Both the position numbers and the translations under genes were made by a program. From Bacteroidota bacterium (GTDB lineage Bacteria; Bacteroidota; Bacteroidia; CAILMK01; JACPUW01), in assembly GCA_016192035.1 (NCBI GenBank), contig JACPUW010000030.1:6322-70321 (forward strand): a DNA stretch of 64,000 nt. Direction: 5' to 3'. Under the pieces are notes generated by a model that was not told the DNA's origin, searched no databases, and saw nothing but the letters and a program-made list of their open reading frames with translations. Shown one piece after another: positions 8,957-18,419 of the stretch; position 1 is the stretch's first letter, and each line of letters opens with the position of its first letter.

Positions 8957-9712
8957 CTACAAGTATTTAACCAATAGCCTTATGCCCACAAAAAGCACCA
9001 GGGCAGCGGTTATGAGCCTGATTTGACCAGGGCGGAGCACCTTGTTTTTGAGCCCCGACCCCAGCAGGCCGCCCAGGGCCACCGGCACCAGCACGGCAAA
9101 CAATAAACCCGGTTGGAGTTCAAACCGCTGGGTAGCCACCAGTCCTGCCAATCCCGCCAGGGAATTCACCAGGATAAAGAACCCCGCCAGGCTGGCTATT
9201 TCCCTGGGCTGGGCCAGGCGCAGCAGGTGGCACAGCGGGGATAGAAAAATGCCCCCACCTATGCCCACCATGCCCGACAAAAAACCTACCCCCCCGCCCA
9301 GCAATAGGGGTTTAAGTCTTGAGGGGTCAGATACATAAACCCGGTTTTGGAGCCACCATACCTGCGCGGCCAAACCCAGGGCAGAGAGGATAAGGGCCAT
9401 GGACAAGGCCAGGAAAAAAAACCTATCGGATAGGGCCAGGGTAGCCCCTAGGTATGACATGGGCACGCTTAGTGCGGTATAGGGCACTATTTGGCGGGTG
9501 TGCAATAGTCCATGCCTGTAGGCCATGAATGTGCCAATACCCACCACAGCTATGTTGCACACCAAAGCCTGGCTGCGTATGATATGCTGATCGGCCAGGT
9601 AAAGCGCCAGAATCGCCAGGTAACTGGAACCCCCGCCAAAACCCACCGAGCTATAGAGCGTGGCTATCACAAAAAACAGCAAGGAGATCCAAACAATCGT
9701 CTGCCATTCCAT
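8957..9712 (-). CDS. TauE/SafE family sulfite or anion exporter (intact, 251 aa)
   Basis: A multi-TM protein with the two conserved TauE half-domain motifs (SSVGFGGGSSYLAILAL and LSGMVGIGGGIFLSPL). Confidence 0.8.
   Translation of the reverse strand: MEWQTIVWISLLFFVIATLYSSVGFGGGSSYLAILALYLADQHIIRSQALVCNIAVVGIGTFMAYRHGLLHTRQIVPYTALSVPMSYLGATLALSDRFFFLALSMALILSALGLAAQVWWLQNRVYVSDPSRLKPLLLGGGVGFLSGMVGIGGGIFLSPLCHLLRLAQPREIASLAGFFILVNSLAGLAGLVATQRFELQPGLLFAVLVPVALGGLLGSGLKNKVLRPGQIRLITAALVLFVGIRLLVKYL
8972..9210. repeat. Direct repeat copy B, the functional 3' end of the intact TauE gene
   Basis: See copy A. This copy is contiguous with the full-length gene. Confidence 0.75.
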
Positions 9713-9720
9713 GGTATCGC

Positions 9721-10377
9721 CTAGTAAATGATCTCTTCTAGGGTGCTGCCCGCTTCCTGTTCATACAATTCCCAGTATTTCTGTGCTATAGACGCAGGAT
9801 TGTACTTGGGGTCACTTGCGTTTACATAGCCGCAAACGGTGAGCTGGGCCACATGTACCCCGGTTCCCGCAGCCTTTTTGGCGGCAGCCTGAACCAAGTT
9901 GCGCAAGGCTGCCTTGCCCACGCTAAGGGTTGTCCATTGGGGGTCGCCGCTTAGGGCAAACCCACCGCCCGTAAAGAACAGCTTGCCGCTGCCCTGCTCC
10001 AGGTATTTGGGCAACATATACTTAATAAGGTGAAAGGCACCGCCCAGATTGGTTTCCAGGGTGCGCTGAAACAAGAGCCAATCTTGGTCCAAGAGATCCT
10101 TAACGTCCACCGCAGCGGCATTAAATAGCACCATCTTGGGCAATGGGCCGCCTGCTATTAGGGTTTCCATACCCAGACTGAGCGAATGCGGATCGGACAC
10201 GCTCCCTGCGGCGGTGGCACAGGGTATGCCTTCCATTTCCAGTTGGTTGCGCATTTGCTGGAGCTTACCTGCCGAACGCGCCAACAGCCCCACCGCAAAT
10301 CCTTGTTTGCCAAAATGACGGGCCACGCCCATGGAAATCCCTGGCCCGGCTCCCAAAATCACAATTTGCCTGCTCAT
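9721..10377 (-). CDS. SDR family NAD(P)-dependent oxidoreductase
   Basis: The Rossmann motif ILGAGPGISMGVA at the N-terminus beginning MSRQIVILGAG. The ORF-track start at 10488 is rejected. It lies divergent to an HxlR regulator, which is the classic pairing. Confidence 0.7.
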   Translation of the reverse strand: MSRQIVILGAGPGISMGVARHFGKQGFAVGLLARSAGKLQQMRNQLEMEGIPCATAAGSVSDPHSLSLGMETLIAGGPLPKMVLFNAAAVDVKDLLDQDWLLFQRTLETNLGGAFHLIKYMLPKYLEQGSGKLFFTGGGFALSGDPQWTTLSVGKAALRNLVQAAAKKAAGTGVHVAQLTVCGYVNASDPKYNPASIAQKYWELYEQEAGSTLEEIIY

Positions 10378-10643
10378 ACACACGGTTTTTGGGGCACAAT
10401 TTACCTTGCGCCTTTTTATAGCGCGGCACTGGGCAGTTCCCACATGGGGCCATTTGGTTGAAAATGGGTGCAAGTGTAAGTATGCCACCTTTATAGCTTT
10501 TGGTTTTATAGGCCTAAATGGGCCAATGCGGTCATTGGGGCGGTTGGCTCCTTAGCACATGGCCTTTAGGTGGGCGGCCTATTTTTGTCCACCAACAAAA
10601 CCATCATAGGGACTACCCAAGTAGATACCCCAAGAATGTTAAA

Positions 10644-11000
10644 ATGCCAGATTTTCTCTTCAATAATAAGCGGTACTATAATCCAGTGGAATTTGCCATG
10701 GATAGGATAGGGGGTACTTGGAAAATGCCCATACTGTGGCGGTTAAAGGATAGGGTGATGCGCTTTGGGGAGCTTATGAAAGACATACCCCATATCACCC
10801 ATAAAATGCTCACATCACAACTAAGGGAACTTGAAGCCGAAGGGTTTGTGGAGCGAAGGGTGTATGCGGTGGTGCCACCAAAGGTGGAATACTCCATAAC
10901 GCCACGGGGGCTTAGGGCAGTAGAAATAGTGGACGTGATAAGACGGTACGGCCTGGAACTCATGGTAGAATACGGAATTGCCCCTAAAGGGCAGCCTTAG
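10644..11000 (+). CDS. HxlR family (MarR-like winged-helix) transcriptional regulator
   Basis: The core FAMDRIGGTWKMPILWRL...MRFGEL...ITHKMLTSQLRELEAEGFVERRVY is the HxlR signature. I used the ATG at 10644 and reject the 42-codon upstream extension. Confidence 0.75.
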   Translation: MPDFLFNNKRYYNPVEFAMDRIGGTWKMPILWRLKDRVMRFGELMKDIPHITHKMLTSQLRELEAEGFVERRVYAVVPPKVEYSITPRGLRAVEIVDVIRRYGLELMVEYGIAPKGQP

Positions 11001-11013
11001 GAACCGGCCGCGC

Positions 11014-11574
11014 TCACAGGTTTTGTTTAAATATTTTCACCGCTATGGAAAGCAGGATGATGCCAAAAACCTTGCGCAGTACCGTAAACCCATTTTTGCC
11101 CAGTATGCGCTCCAACCAATTGCTGGCCCTGAGCACCAGATACACCACTATCAAGTTGAGCACTATGCCTATCAAAATATTGGGCACGGTATAGATAGCC
11201 CTGAGCGACAGGATGGTGGTTAGGGTGCCTGCCCCTGCTATGAGCGGAAAAGCCAGGGGTACAATTGAGCCACTCTTGCTGCTGGGTTCTTCTTTGAAAA
11301 AACTCATGCCAAGCACCATTTCCATGGCTATGATGAATATAACTATGGCTCCCGCTACTGCAAAGGATTCAATGTCAATAGAAAACAATTTTAGAATAGA
11401 TTGTCCCACAAACAAGAATACCACCATGATGGCGCCAGAGATTACGGTAGCCAACCCACTCTGTATATGCCCCATTTTCTTCCTAAGGTCTATTACTATG
11501 GGTATGGACCCCAGTATATCAATGATGGAAAAAAGGATGAGTGTAACTGAGAGTATTTCCTTGAAGCTAAACAT
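11014..11574 (-). CDS. MarC family (UPF0056) integral membrane protein
   Basis: Six TM helices and a MarC-like N-terminus FSFKEILSVTLILFSIIDILGSIPIVI. Confidence 0.7.
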   Translation of the reverse strand: MFSFKEILSVTLILFSIIDILGSIPIVIDLRKKMGHIQSGLATVISGAIMVVFLFVGQSILKLFSIDIESFAVAGAIVIFIIAMEMVLGMSFFKEEPSSKSGSIVPLAFPLIAGAGTLTTILSLRAIYTVPNILIGIVLNLIVVYLVLRASNWLERILGKNGFTVLRKVFGIILLSIAVKIFKQNL

Positions 11575-11628
11575 GTAGAGGCCTTTGGGCACCGCAAAGG
11601 TAGGCACCTGGTGGGGGTGCCCACCCCC

Positions 11629-12102
11629 CTATTTTGGGTAAACCAGGTGCATGATCTCTGGGGGAAGGAATTGGCCCACATTGGCGCGGTTGCGTATGAG
11701 CTCGCGCACTATGGTGGAGCTGATGTTGGAAACACTTGGCGAGGAAAACAGCAGCATGGTCTCGGCCTCTGGATAGAGCATTTTATTGGTTTCTGCTATG
11801 GCCCGTTCATACTCCATATCGGTGGTTGACCGCACTCCCCTTATGATGATGCGGCAGCCCAATTCACGGCATAGATCAACCGTTAACCGATTGAATGACA
11901 CTACTTCCACCTTTTCGTTATGCGCATAAATGGCCTGGAGCATGGCCATGCGCTGGGGTAGTGTATAGAGGTATTGTTTGCTGGTATTGGTGCCCACGCC
12001 AATATATATTTTGTCGAAAAAGGGCACACAGCGGGCTATTACATCGGTATGGCCCAGGGTAATGGGGTCAAAAGAACCCGGGTACAAGGCGTATTCGGTC
12101 AT
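11629..12102 (-). CDS. coaD: Phosphopantetheine adenylyltransferase
   Basis: ALYPGSFDPITLGHTDVI (the HxGH nucleotidyltransferase motif) and ISSTIVRE near the C-terminus. 157 aa. Confidence 0.9.
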   Translation of the reverse strand: MTEYALYPGSFDPITLGHTDVIARCVPFFDKIYIGVGTNTSKQYLYTLPQRMAMLQAIYAHNEKVEVVSFNRLTVDLCRELGCRIIIRGVRSTTDMEYERAIAETNKMLYPEAETMLLFSSPSVSNISSTIVRELIRNRANVGQFLPPEIMHLVYPK

Positions 12103-12114
12103 TAGTGTCGGTTT

Positions 12115-13275
12115 TTATTCAATAATACCATGTTGGGCGGCCACATCCATGAGGGCCTGCCAGGTGCGCCCGGCTGTTAGGCCCCAGCCAAACTGTTGGG
12201 AAGTGCCTTCGCACTCCGCTTGCAGTTTTGCCCTTATCTGGGGAATGGTGGTGGTGCGCACCAGGGCATTGGCTATATGGTCCACGCTAAAGGGGTCCAC
12301 CACCAGAGCGGCATTTCCACCCACCTCGTGCAGGGCCGAGCCACCGGCTACTATGGCCGGCACCCCGCATTTGAGCGATTCAAGTACCGGAATACCGAAT
12401 CCCTCCAGGTATGACACATTGATATGAAAGTATGCCGATGCCATCACCCTGGCCAAATCCAAGTTGGCCAGCCGCCCGGTAAACTGGACCATGTGACTAG
12501 GAAACCCAGGTGCGGAGTAGGTGGCTTTCATCTGGGCAGTGCCCCAGGCCATGCGCCCCACTATGAGCAATTTGTAGGCTGTGTGGTGGCCCTCATTGGT
12601 CATTTGGCGGTAGTAAGCATGATACGCCTGCAGCAGCCTCACTATGTTTTTGCGGTGGTGTAGGGCACCTACGTACAGGTAGTATGGTTGTCCTTGCGAC
12701 CAAATTCGGCGCACTTCAGCTATACCGGTTTCATCCAGGGGTTTATATCTTTCATTGGCAGCGTTATGCACCACGGTTATCTTATGGTAGGGCAGCCGGT
12801 ACCTTTCCATTATGTCCTTTTTGCTAAACTCCGAAACGGTAAGCAACTGGGCAGCCCTGGCGGCATAGCGCGGAAAAAAATTGCGGTAGTGCCTGGCACT
12901 GGCCCACCCCACGTCGCCGGGGTAATGTTCAAATGCCAGGTCGTGAAAAACAGGAACTTGTGGAAGACGGGCCCTTAGGCTTAGGTATCCGTCGGGAGAA
13001 AAGAACAAATCGGCACCACACCGGCGCAACACCTGTGGCAAGCGCCCTTCAAACCAAACCAGGTACAGCAAAGGATGCCGCGCTGGTGGGAATACCTGTA
13101 TGGGTTCTACGTTTGGCGCATAGATAAATGAGGGGTGCCATGGCCGGTCAAAAAGGAAAATAAACTGGTGTTCGGGGTGGGCCAGTACCATGTGCCGCAG
13201 CACTTCATGGGTAAAAGTGCCAATGCCTTCCAGTCGGTTGTGGAGAAGAAAACGGGTATTTACCGCTATGCGCAT
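12115..13275 (-). CDS. Glycosyltransferase family 4 (GT-B, RfaG-like)
   Basis: 386 aa with GT1/GT4 C-terminal-domain motifs (EGFGIPVLESLKCGVPAIV) and an N-terminus MRIAVNTRFLL. It lies adjacent to coaD, as in LPS core loci. Confidence 0.8.
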   Translation of the reverse strand: MRIAVNTRFLLHNRLEGIGTFTHEVLRHMVLAHPEHQFIFLFDRPWHPSFIYAPNVEPIQVFPPARHPLLYLVWFEGRLPQVLRRCGADLFFSPDGYLSLRARLPQVPVFHDLAFEHYPGDVGWASARHYRNFFPRYAARAAQLLTVSEFSKKDIMERYRLPYHKITVVHNAANERYKPLDETGIAEVRRIWSQGQPYYLYVGALHHRKNIVRLLQAYHAYYRQMTNEGHHTAYKLLIVGRMAWGTAQMKATYSAPGFPSHMVQFTGRLANLDLARVMASAYFHINVSYLEGFGIPVLESLKCGVPAIVAGGSALHEVGGNAALVVDPFSVDHIANALVRTTTIPQIRAKLQAECEGTSQQFGWGLTAGRTWQALMDVAAQHGIIE

Positions 13276-13319
13276 GAACTAGGGCACGGTGAAAAGCCAA
13301 TACTTTTGACGGGCGCAAG

Positions 13320-14768
13320 ATGCTGAATAAATTCCTTAAGGGCCTTTCCCTGCTCTTACTGCTCAACCTGTTGGTAAAGCCGTTTTGGGTGTTATTTATA
13401 GACCGGCTGGTGCAAGAGCAGGTGGGCAACGTGGCTTTTGGCATGTACCAAACCTTTGCCTCATTTACCCTCATACTGGGCATTATTCTGGATCCTGGTT
13501 TGAAGAATAGGTATAACACACAGGTAGCCAAGGACAATTCTTCGTTTTCTGCCCTTTCGGGCGACTATCTTATACTCAAGTTGGGGCTGGGTTTTGTGTT
13601 TTTCTTGGCCATAGGGGCGGTGGCTTTTGGTTTTGAACAGTACCAAGCCCACTGGCGGTTGTTTTTGTTATTGGCATTCAACCAGTTTCTGCTTTCGGTA
13701 TTGCTTTTTATGCGGGCGGCACTCACCGGTCTGGGCCATTATTCCCGCGATAGCATGATGTCGGTAGTTGACCGGTTGGCCATGATAGCGCTTTCGCTGC
13801 CCTTGTTTTTTGGACCGCACTTCAAGCACCTGCGCACGGTAGAAACTTTTGCCCTGGTGCATACGGCGGGCTATGTGATAGGTATCGTAGTGTGCGTGGC
13901 CATGATTGGCAAACCATTGTTTGCCATTAAGCTGCGGTTTAGACCTTTCCATTTAAAGGACATCTTGCGGCGATCGTTTCCCTTTGCCTTGTTTACCGGC
14001 CTCATGGCCTTGTATATTTATGTGGATTTTATTATGATAGAGCGGCTTATGCCCAATGGTTTTGAACACGCGGGCCGTTACCGCAAGGCATATCGGTTTC
14101 TGGAGGCCGCCAGTATGTATGGATTGCTTTTTGGCAACTTGTTGCTGCCGGTCTTTAGCGCCTTACTAGCCAATAAGGTTATGTTCAACAGGCTGGTTAT
14201 CATGGTGTTTAAGATATTTGTCTTGCCCGCTTTTATGGTGGCCGTCGTATGTGTCTTGTACAGAAATGAGCTAATGGATCTGGCCTATCCTGGTGAAGTG
14301 GCCGTAGTGGCCAATACTTTTGGGGTGCTCATGGTGGATTTTGTGTCCATTTGCCTGTTTTACCTTTTTGGCACCGCGCTCACCGCCCTTCATCATATGG
14401 CATGGCTCAACAGGCTGGCGGCGGCCGGAGTAGTTATTAATTTGGTGGTCAACATGATTTTAATACCCAGAATGGGTATTCTGGGAGCGGCGGTAGCCAC
14501 CCTATGTACCCATGGGGCCGTGGGGCTGGGCCAGGCGTACATTACATTGGTAAGTTGCGGTATAAAGCCTAAATGGCATCAGGCCTTGAGGATCCTGGGC
14601 TTTATAGGCGGTTCTGTAGCGGCGTGTATAGCGCTCACATATACGCCCATACATTGGTCAGCCCAACTGGTAGCGGGTTTGACCCTTAGTTTTACATTTG
14701 CCCTCTTTTTTAAGGTCTTCTCCCTTAGAGAAATTGCATTAATATTAAATAAGAGCCCCAATGAGTGA
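13320..14768 (+). CDS. Polysaccharide or O-unit flippase (Wzx, MOP/MATE superfamily)
   Basis: 482 aa with about 12 TM helices and the typical Wzx size and hydropathy. It sits in a polysaccharide locus. Confidence 0.7.
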   Translation: MLNKFLKGLSLLLLLNLLVKPFWVLFIDRLVQEQVGNVAFGMYQTFASFTLILGIILDPGLKNRYNTQVAKDNSSFSALSGDYLILKLGLGFVFFLAIGAVAFGFEQYQAHWRLFLLLAFNQFLLSVLLFMRAALTGLGHYSRDSMMSVVDRLAMIALSLPLFFGPHFKHLRTVETFALVHTAGYVIGIVVCVAMIGKPLFAIKLRFRPFHLKDILRRSFPFALFTGLMALYIYVDFIMIERLMPNGFEHAGRYRKAYRFLEAASMYGLLFGNLLLPVFSALLANKVMFNRLVIMVFKIFVLPAFMVAVVCVLYRNELMDLAYPGEVAVVANTFGVLMVDFVSICLFYLFGTALTALHHMAWLNRLAAAGVVINLVVNMILIPRMGILGAAVATLCTHGAVGLGQAYITLVSCGIKPKWHQALRILGFIGGSVAACIALTYTPIHWSAQLVAGLTLSFTFALFFKVFSLREIALILNKSPNE

Positions 14769-15849
14769 TACCGCCCACCGCGAGGACGCCAGTTTTTTGT
14801 TGCTGGTGAAACATATATTGAAATGGCGGGTGCCCATAGCAGGCATTTCTGGCTTGGCTTGCATTATGGCCATTGTATTGACCATGCCCTATTTCTATCC
14901 TCCCAAATTTGAGTCAAAGGGTATTTTTTATCCCACATCTTCCACGTCTATTTCTAAGGCATTGTTGGCCAATGATCTATCAGGCCAGCAAGATGCCCTT
15001 AAGTTTGGTGAGGAAGAAGAAACGGAGCAACTCATGCAGATACTGGAAAGTGATGCCATAGCCAATAGGATAGTAAGCAAGTACAATCTCTTGCGCAGGT
15101 ACCGCATAGCAAAATCAACCCGCTACCGCTATACCGACCTATATAAAAAGTACTTTGCCAATGTGCATGTTAGGCGAAACCAACACATGGCCATAGAAGT
15201 GTCGGTACTTGATGAAGATCCCGATACCGCAGCGCTTATGTGCCGTGACATTATGGATTTGATGGACAGTGTGAAGACCTCCATTTTTAACCAAAGGGCC
15301 TATGATGCCCTACGGATAGTAGAGGGGCAATACAAGGCCAAGGAGCAAGAAATCAGATTGTTGGAAAACCAACTTGCTGAGTTTGGCCAAAAAGGCATAA
15401 TCAACTATGAAGAACAGGCCGCTTCGGTGAGCGACGCGCTAGACAAGGCTAAGGCCGACTACTACGCCTCACTGGCTGCTGCCCGGGGCAATGTGGCCGA
15501 TGCCAAGGTAAAGGTGATGCGCGAGAGGCTGGATGACGTGAAAGCCGACTACGACAACCTGGGTAAGTATGGGGGCGCCTGGCTTACCGTAAAAGAAGGT
15601 TTAGTGCTTGAATTGGAGCAATTTAAATTGCTAAAAGAAAAATACGAGCAGGCAAAAGTGGATGTGGAGCAAACCCTTACCTATAAGTATGTAACCAACT
15701 ACCCTTCGCCTGCCGAAAAGAAGACTAAACCATTGAGGTCTATGATCGTAGCGGTGGGCACCATAAGCGCATTTTTTATTAGCGCATTGATTTTCATTTT
15801 AATAGAGATATATAGACGCAACAAGGTATGGTTGTTATCAAAGGACTAA
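14761..15849 (+). CDS. Wzz-like chain-length determinant / polysaccharide co-polymerase (PCP), paralog 1
   Basis: An N-terminal TM, a long coiled-coil periplasmic region and a C-terminal TM (SMIVAVGTISAFFISALIFILIEIY). ATGAGTGA start/stop overlap with wzx. Confidence 0.6.
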   Translation: MSDTAHREDASFLLLVKHILKWRVPIAGISGLACIMAIVLTMPYFYPPKFESKGIFYPTSSTSISKALLANDLSGQQDALKFGEEEETEQLMQILESDAIANRIVSKYNLLRRYRIAKSTRYRYTDLYKKYFANVHVRRNQHMAIEVSVLDEDPDTAALMCRDIMDLMDSVKTSIFNQRAYDALRIVEGQYKAKEQEIRLLENQLAEFGQKGIINYEEQAASVSDALDKAKADYYASLAAARGNVADAKVKVMRERLDDVKADYDNLGKYGGAWLTVKEGLVLELEQFKLLKEKYEQAKVDVEQTLTYKYVTNYPSPAEKKTKPLRSMIVAVGTISAFFISALIFILIEIYRRNKVWLLSKD

Positions 15850-15861
15850 AACAATAGCAGG

Positions 15862-16929
15862 ATGGACAAAAACCCCCTTGGATTGGTATATGCGTTTATG
15901 TGGGCCCATACCCGGTTATTGGTCATGGTGTTTGCGGCAACCGTATTGCTCACCTATCTTTCACTTTGGATATTTGTTGCGCCTAAGTACCTCTCGCAGG
16001 CGGTGATATATCCTGCCAACCTGCACCCCATGAGCAGCGAAGACCCTACCGAACAGGCACTGCAGGTCATGGCCTCTACCGACATCAAATGGAAAATCAT
16101 TGACTCCTTTCAGTTGGCAGTGCACTATGGGTTTAGGGAAGGTCATATAGATTACCATGCGCTGTCTAAAATGTTTGACTCCCGCATCACAGCTGAGCGC
16201 ACGGCCTATTCGTCCATACTTATTTCGGTGCTTGACAAGGATAATGCCCTTGCTGCCCAATTGGCCAATGCAATGGTGGACATGCTAAACAAAAAGATGC
16301 TGCAAATGCGGCGGGAAAAGCACTTGGAATGGGCAGGGACGGCGCAGAAGAAGTACCAAGATAAGTTGGCAGCCATAGCGCTGGTAGAAAAGGAGATAGA
16401 AACCCTGAAAAGGGATAACGGGATAGTGAATGCCGAGGAACAGTCGGCCATCATAGCCAAGAAAATGCAGGAAGCCCAGGACCGTTATTCAGATGCGGTG
16501 GCCAAAGTAGCGGTTTTTACCGGTTTGAGCGGTTCGTATCGCGATTCGTTGCGCAAATACGAAATGGTAAAAAGAACGATCGAGCCAAGGATCAAGGAAC
16601 TCTCAGACGTGCGCGAACGGCTCATAGCCGCCGGCGACCGCATTACCGGGCTTAAAGAGTATTTGGCATACGAAAGGGAAAACCTGGCCGAGTATAAAAA
16701 GGAGTGGGATGAGGCCGACATAGGTGCCAAACGAAAGATCACCTACAGTTTTGTGGTATCACCCGCTGGTGTGTCCTATTCGCCCAGTCACCCCAAGAAA
16801 ACCATCATTTCACTCGTCACGGGTATATCAGTGCTGGTTTTTTTGGCATTCTTACTGGCCATACGCCAGCAAATGCGCTTAGTGACAACTTATGACAACA
16901 AAAGCCCAACATCTGCCACCGCTGAATAA
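15862..16929 (+). CDS. Wzz-like chain-length determinant / PCP, paralog 2
   Basis: Same topology as paralog 1: an N-terminal TM, a coiled coil and the C-terminal TM ISLVTGISVLVFLAFLLAI. It is in tandem with the previous gene. Confidence 0.6.
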   Translation: MDKNPLGLVYAFMWAHTRLLVMVFAATVLLTYLSLWIFVAPKYLSQAVIYPANLHPMSSEDPTEQALQVMASTDIKWKIIDSFQLAVHYGFREGHIDYHALSKMFDSRITAERTAYSSILISVLDKDNALAAQLANAMVDMLNKKMLQMRREKHLEWAGTAQKKYQDKLAAIALVEKEIETLKRDNGIVNAEEQSAIIAKKMQEAQDRYSDAVAKVAVFTGLSGSYRDSLRKYEMVKRTIEPRIKELSDVRERLIAAGDRITGLKEYLAYERENLAEYKKEWDEADIGAKRKITYSFVVSPAGVSYSPSHPKKTIISLVTGISVLVFLAFLLAIRQQMRLVTTYDNKSPTSATAE

Positions 16930-18397
16930 GCGGCACACCATTGGGGCACTAGCAGTAATGGCCGTGTACACGGTGCTTTGCCCGCTGCTTTTGGCCCACG
17001 ACCAGTGGTGGTTTGCCTTGGTTCCGCTGGCACTGGGCATGTTGGCCTTTTTGCTGCTTAAACCGGTGTCTTTTTGGTTTTTACTGGTTTTCCTCACCCC
17101 CTTTTCCCTTCAAGTTGACATTCCGGGTTTTGACTCAAAGCTGGCCATGCCGGTCGAACCCTTTGTCATCATTTTCATGGCATTGCTCATAATGAAATTC
17201 TTGCTGGAAGACCAATTGGACATGCGCGTGGTGAGGCATCCCATCACCATCATCATTGCCATGCACCTGGCATGGATGGCCTTGAGTACCTGTTTTAGTT
17301 CCATGCCCATTGTTTCTTTAAAGTACTTCTTGTCGAGGCTCTGGTTTGTGGTAGTCTTTTATTTTTTTGGTTTACAAGTGTTTAAGAAAATTGATAGAAT
17401 TGATAAATTCAATTGGTCTTACATTTTGGGAACCAGCGTATTAATTATCTATACCTTGGTGCGGCACAGCAAGGGATATTTTTCCCACGAGTATTCGTAT
17501 AAGGCGGCTTTGCCTTTTTTTTCGGACCACAACATTTATGCGGTAGTGATCGCATTTTTTGTTCCCACCACAATTATTTATGCGTTAAAAACCAAGGTTT
17601 TGGGCCAAAGCACAGTACGGGGAATGTTGTTTTGGGTGCTGGCAGGCTTGTTTGCCGTGGGCGTAATAGCCTCCTATACCCGGGCAGCTTGGGTGAGCCT
17701 GGCCGTGGCATTGCTCATGTATTTTTTGCTATTGTTAAAAATCAAGCTGCGAACGCTGCTGTGCTCAGCAGTCCTGCTAGGTGGTGGTTTGGCCCTTACT
17801 TGGAATGACATAGTGCTCTATATGAGCAAGAACAAAGTGGAGAGTGACAGCAAGCTGGACGCACATGTGAAGAGTATATACAATGTGACCACTGATGACA
17901 GCAATACCGAAAGGATAAACCGGTGGAGCGCAGCGCTGCGCATGTTTATGGAAAAACCTGTTTTTGGCTTTGGCCCCAATACCTATCAGTTCCAATACGG
18001 GCCTTATCAATTGAGCCGGCAGAAAACCAAGATCAGCACCAACCTGGGCCTGCTGGGCAATGCCCACAGCGAATACATAGGCCCGCTGGCCGAACAGGGT
18101 TTATTGGGGGGCTTGCTAGTTATTGCCCTCATGCTGGCCGTGGTACACCGGGCCATGCAATTGTACTACACTGACACAAATCCTAGAGTTAAGTATTTGG
18201 CATTGATGGTGCTGCTCAGTATGGTGAGCTATTATGCCCACGGTTTGCTCAACAATTACCTGGACGTGGACAAGGCCAATGTGCTGTTCTGGGCTTCCAT
18301 AGCCGTCATCACGGCACTTGATGTGTACCACCGTCAAGATGCAGGCACTACGGCGGCCGATCCTACAGCGGGAGAAACCCTAAATAGTCCTGAATAA
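16892..18397 (+). CDS. O-antigen ligase / O-antigen polymerase family membrane protein (WaaL/Wzy-like)
   Basis: About 10 TM helices and a large periplasmic loop with a Wzy_C-like region (YTRAAWVSLAVALLMYFLL). The start is uncertain. The ATG at 16892 overlaps the previous gene by 38 nt. An alternative is the ATG at 16958. Confidence 0.65.
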   Translation: MTTKAQHLPPLNKRHTIGALAVMAVYTVLCPLLLAHDQWWFALVPLALGMLAFLLLKPVSFWFLLVFLTPFSLQVDIPGFDSKLAMPVEPFVIIFMALLIMKFLLEDQLDMRVVRHPITIIIAMHLAWMALSTCFSSMPIVSLKYFLSRLWFVVVFYFFGLQVFKKIDRIDKFNWSYILGTSVLIIYTLVRHSKGYFSHEYSYKAALPFFSDHNIYAVVIAFFVPTTIIYALKTKVLGQSTVRGMLFWVLAGLFAVGVIASYTRAAWVSLAVALLMYFLLLLKIKLRTLLCSAVLLGGGLALTWNDIVLYMSKNKVESDSKLDAHVKSIYNVTTDDSNTERINRWSAALRMFMEKPVFGFGPNTYQFQYGPYQLSRQKTKISTNLGLLGNAHSEYIGPLAEQGLLGGLLVIALMLAVVHRAMQLYYTDTNPRVKYLALMVLLSMVSYYAHGLLNNYLDVDKANVLFWASIAVITALDVYHRQDAGTTAADPTAGETLNSPE

Positions 18398-18419
18398 ATG
18401 AACCGGTCGCTATAAGGAG

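Larger units (their letters stand above)
6600..8971. mobile_element. Putative horizontally acquired island or integrative-element remnant. It is AT-rich (about 40% GC against about 54% in the flanks), is bounded by the duplicated TauE 3' ends, and carries three secreted-protein genes.
   Basis: Composition drops visibly between the repeats. No integrase, transposase or tRNA was seen. The architecture resembles attL/attR after integration into the 3' end of a gene. Confidence 0.4.

Noticed and set aside
10518-10643. A 42-codon N-extension of the HxlR regulator
   Set aside because: HxlR proteins are about 110-130 aa, and the extension has no HTH content.
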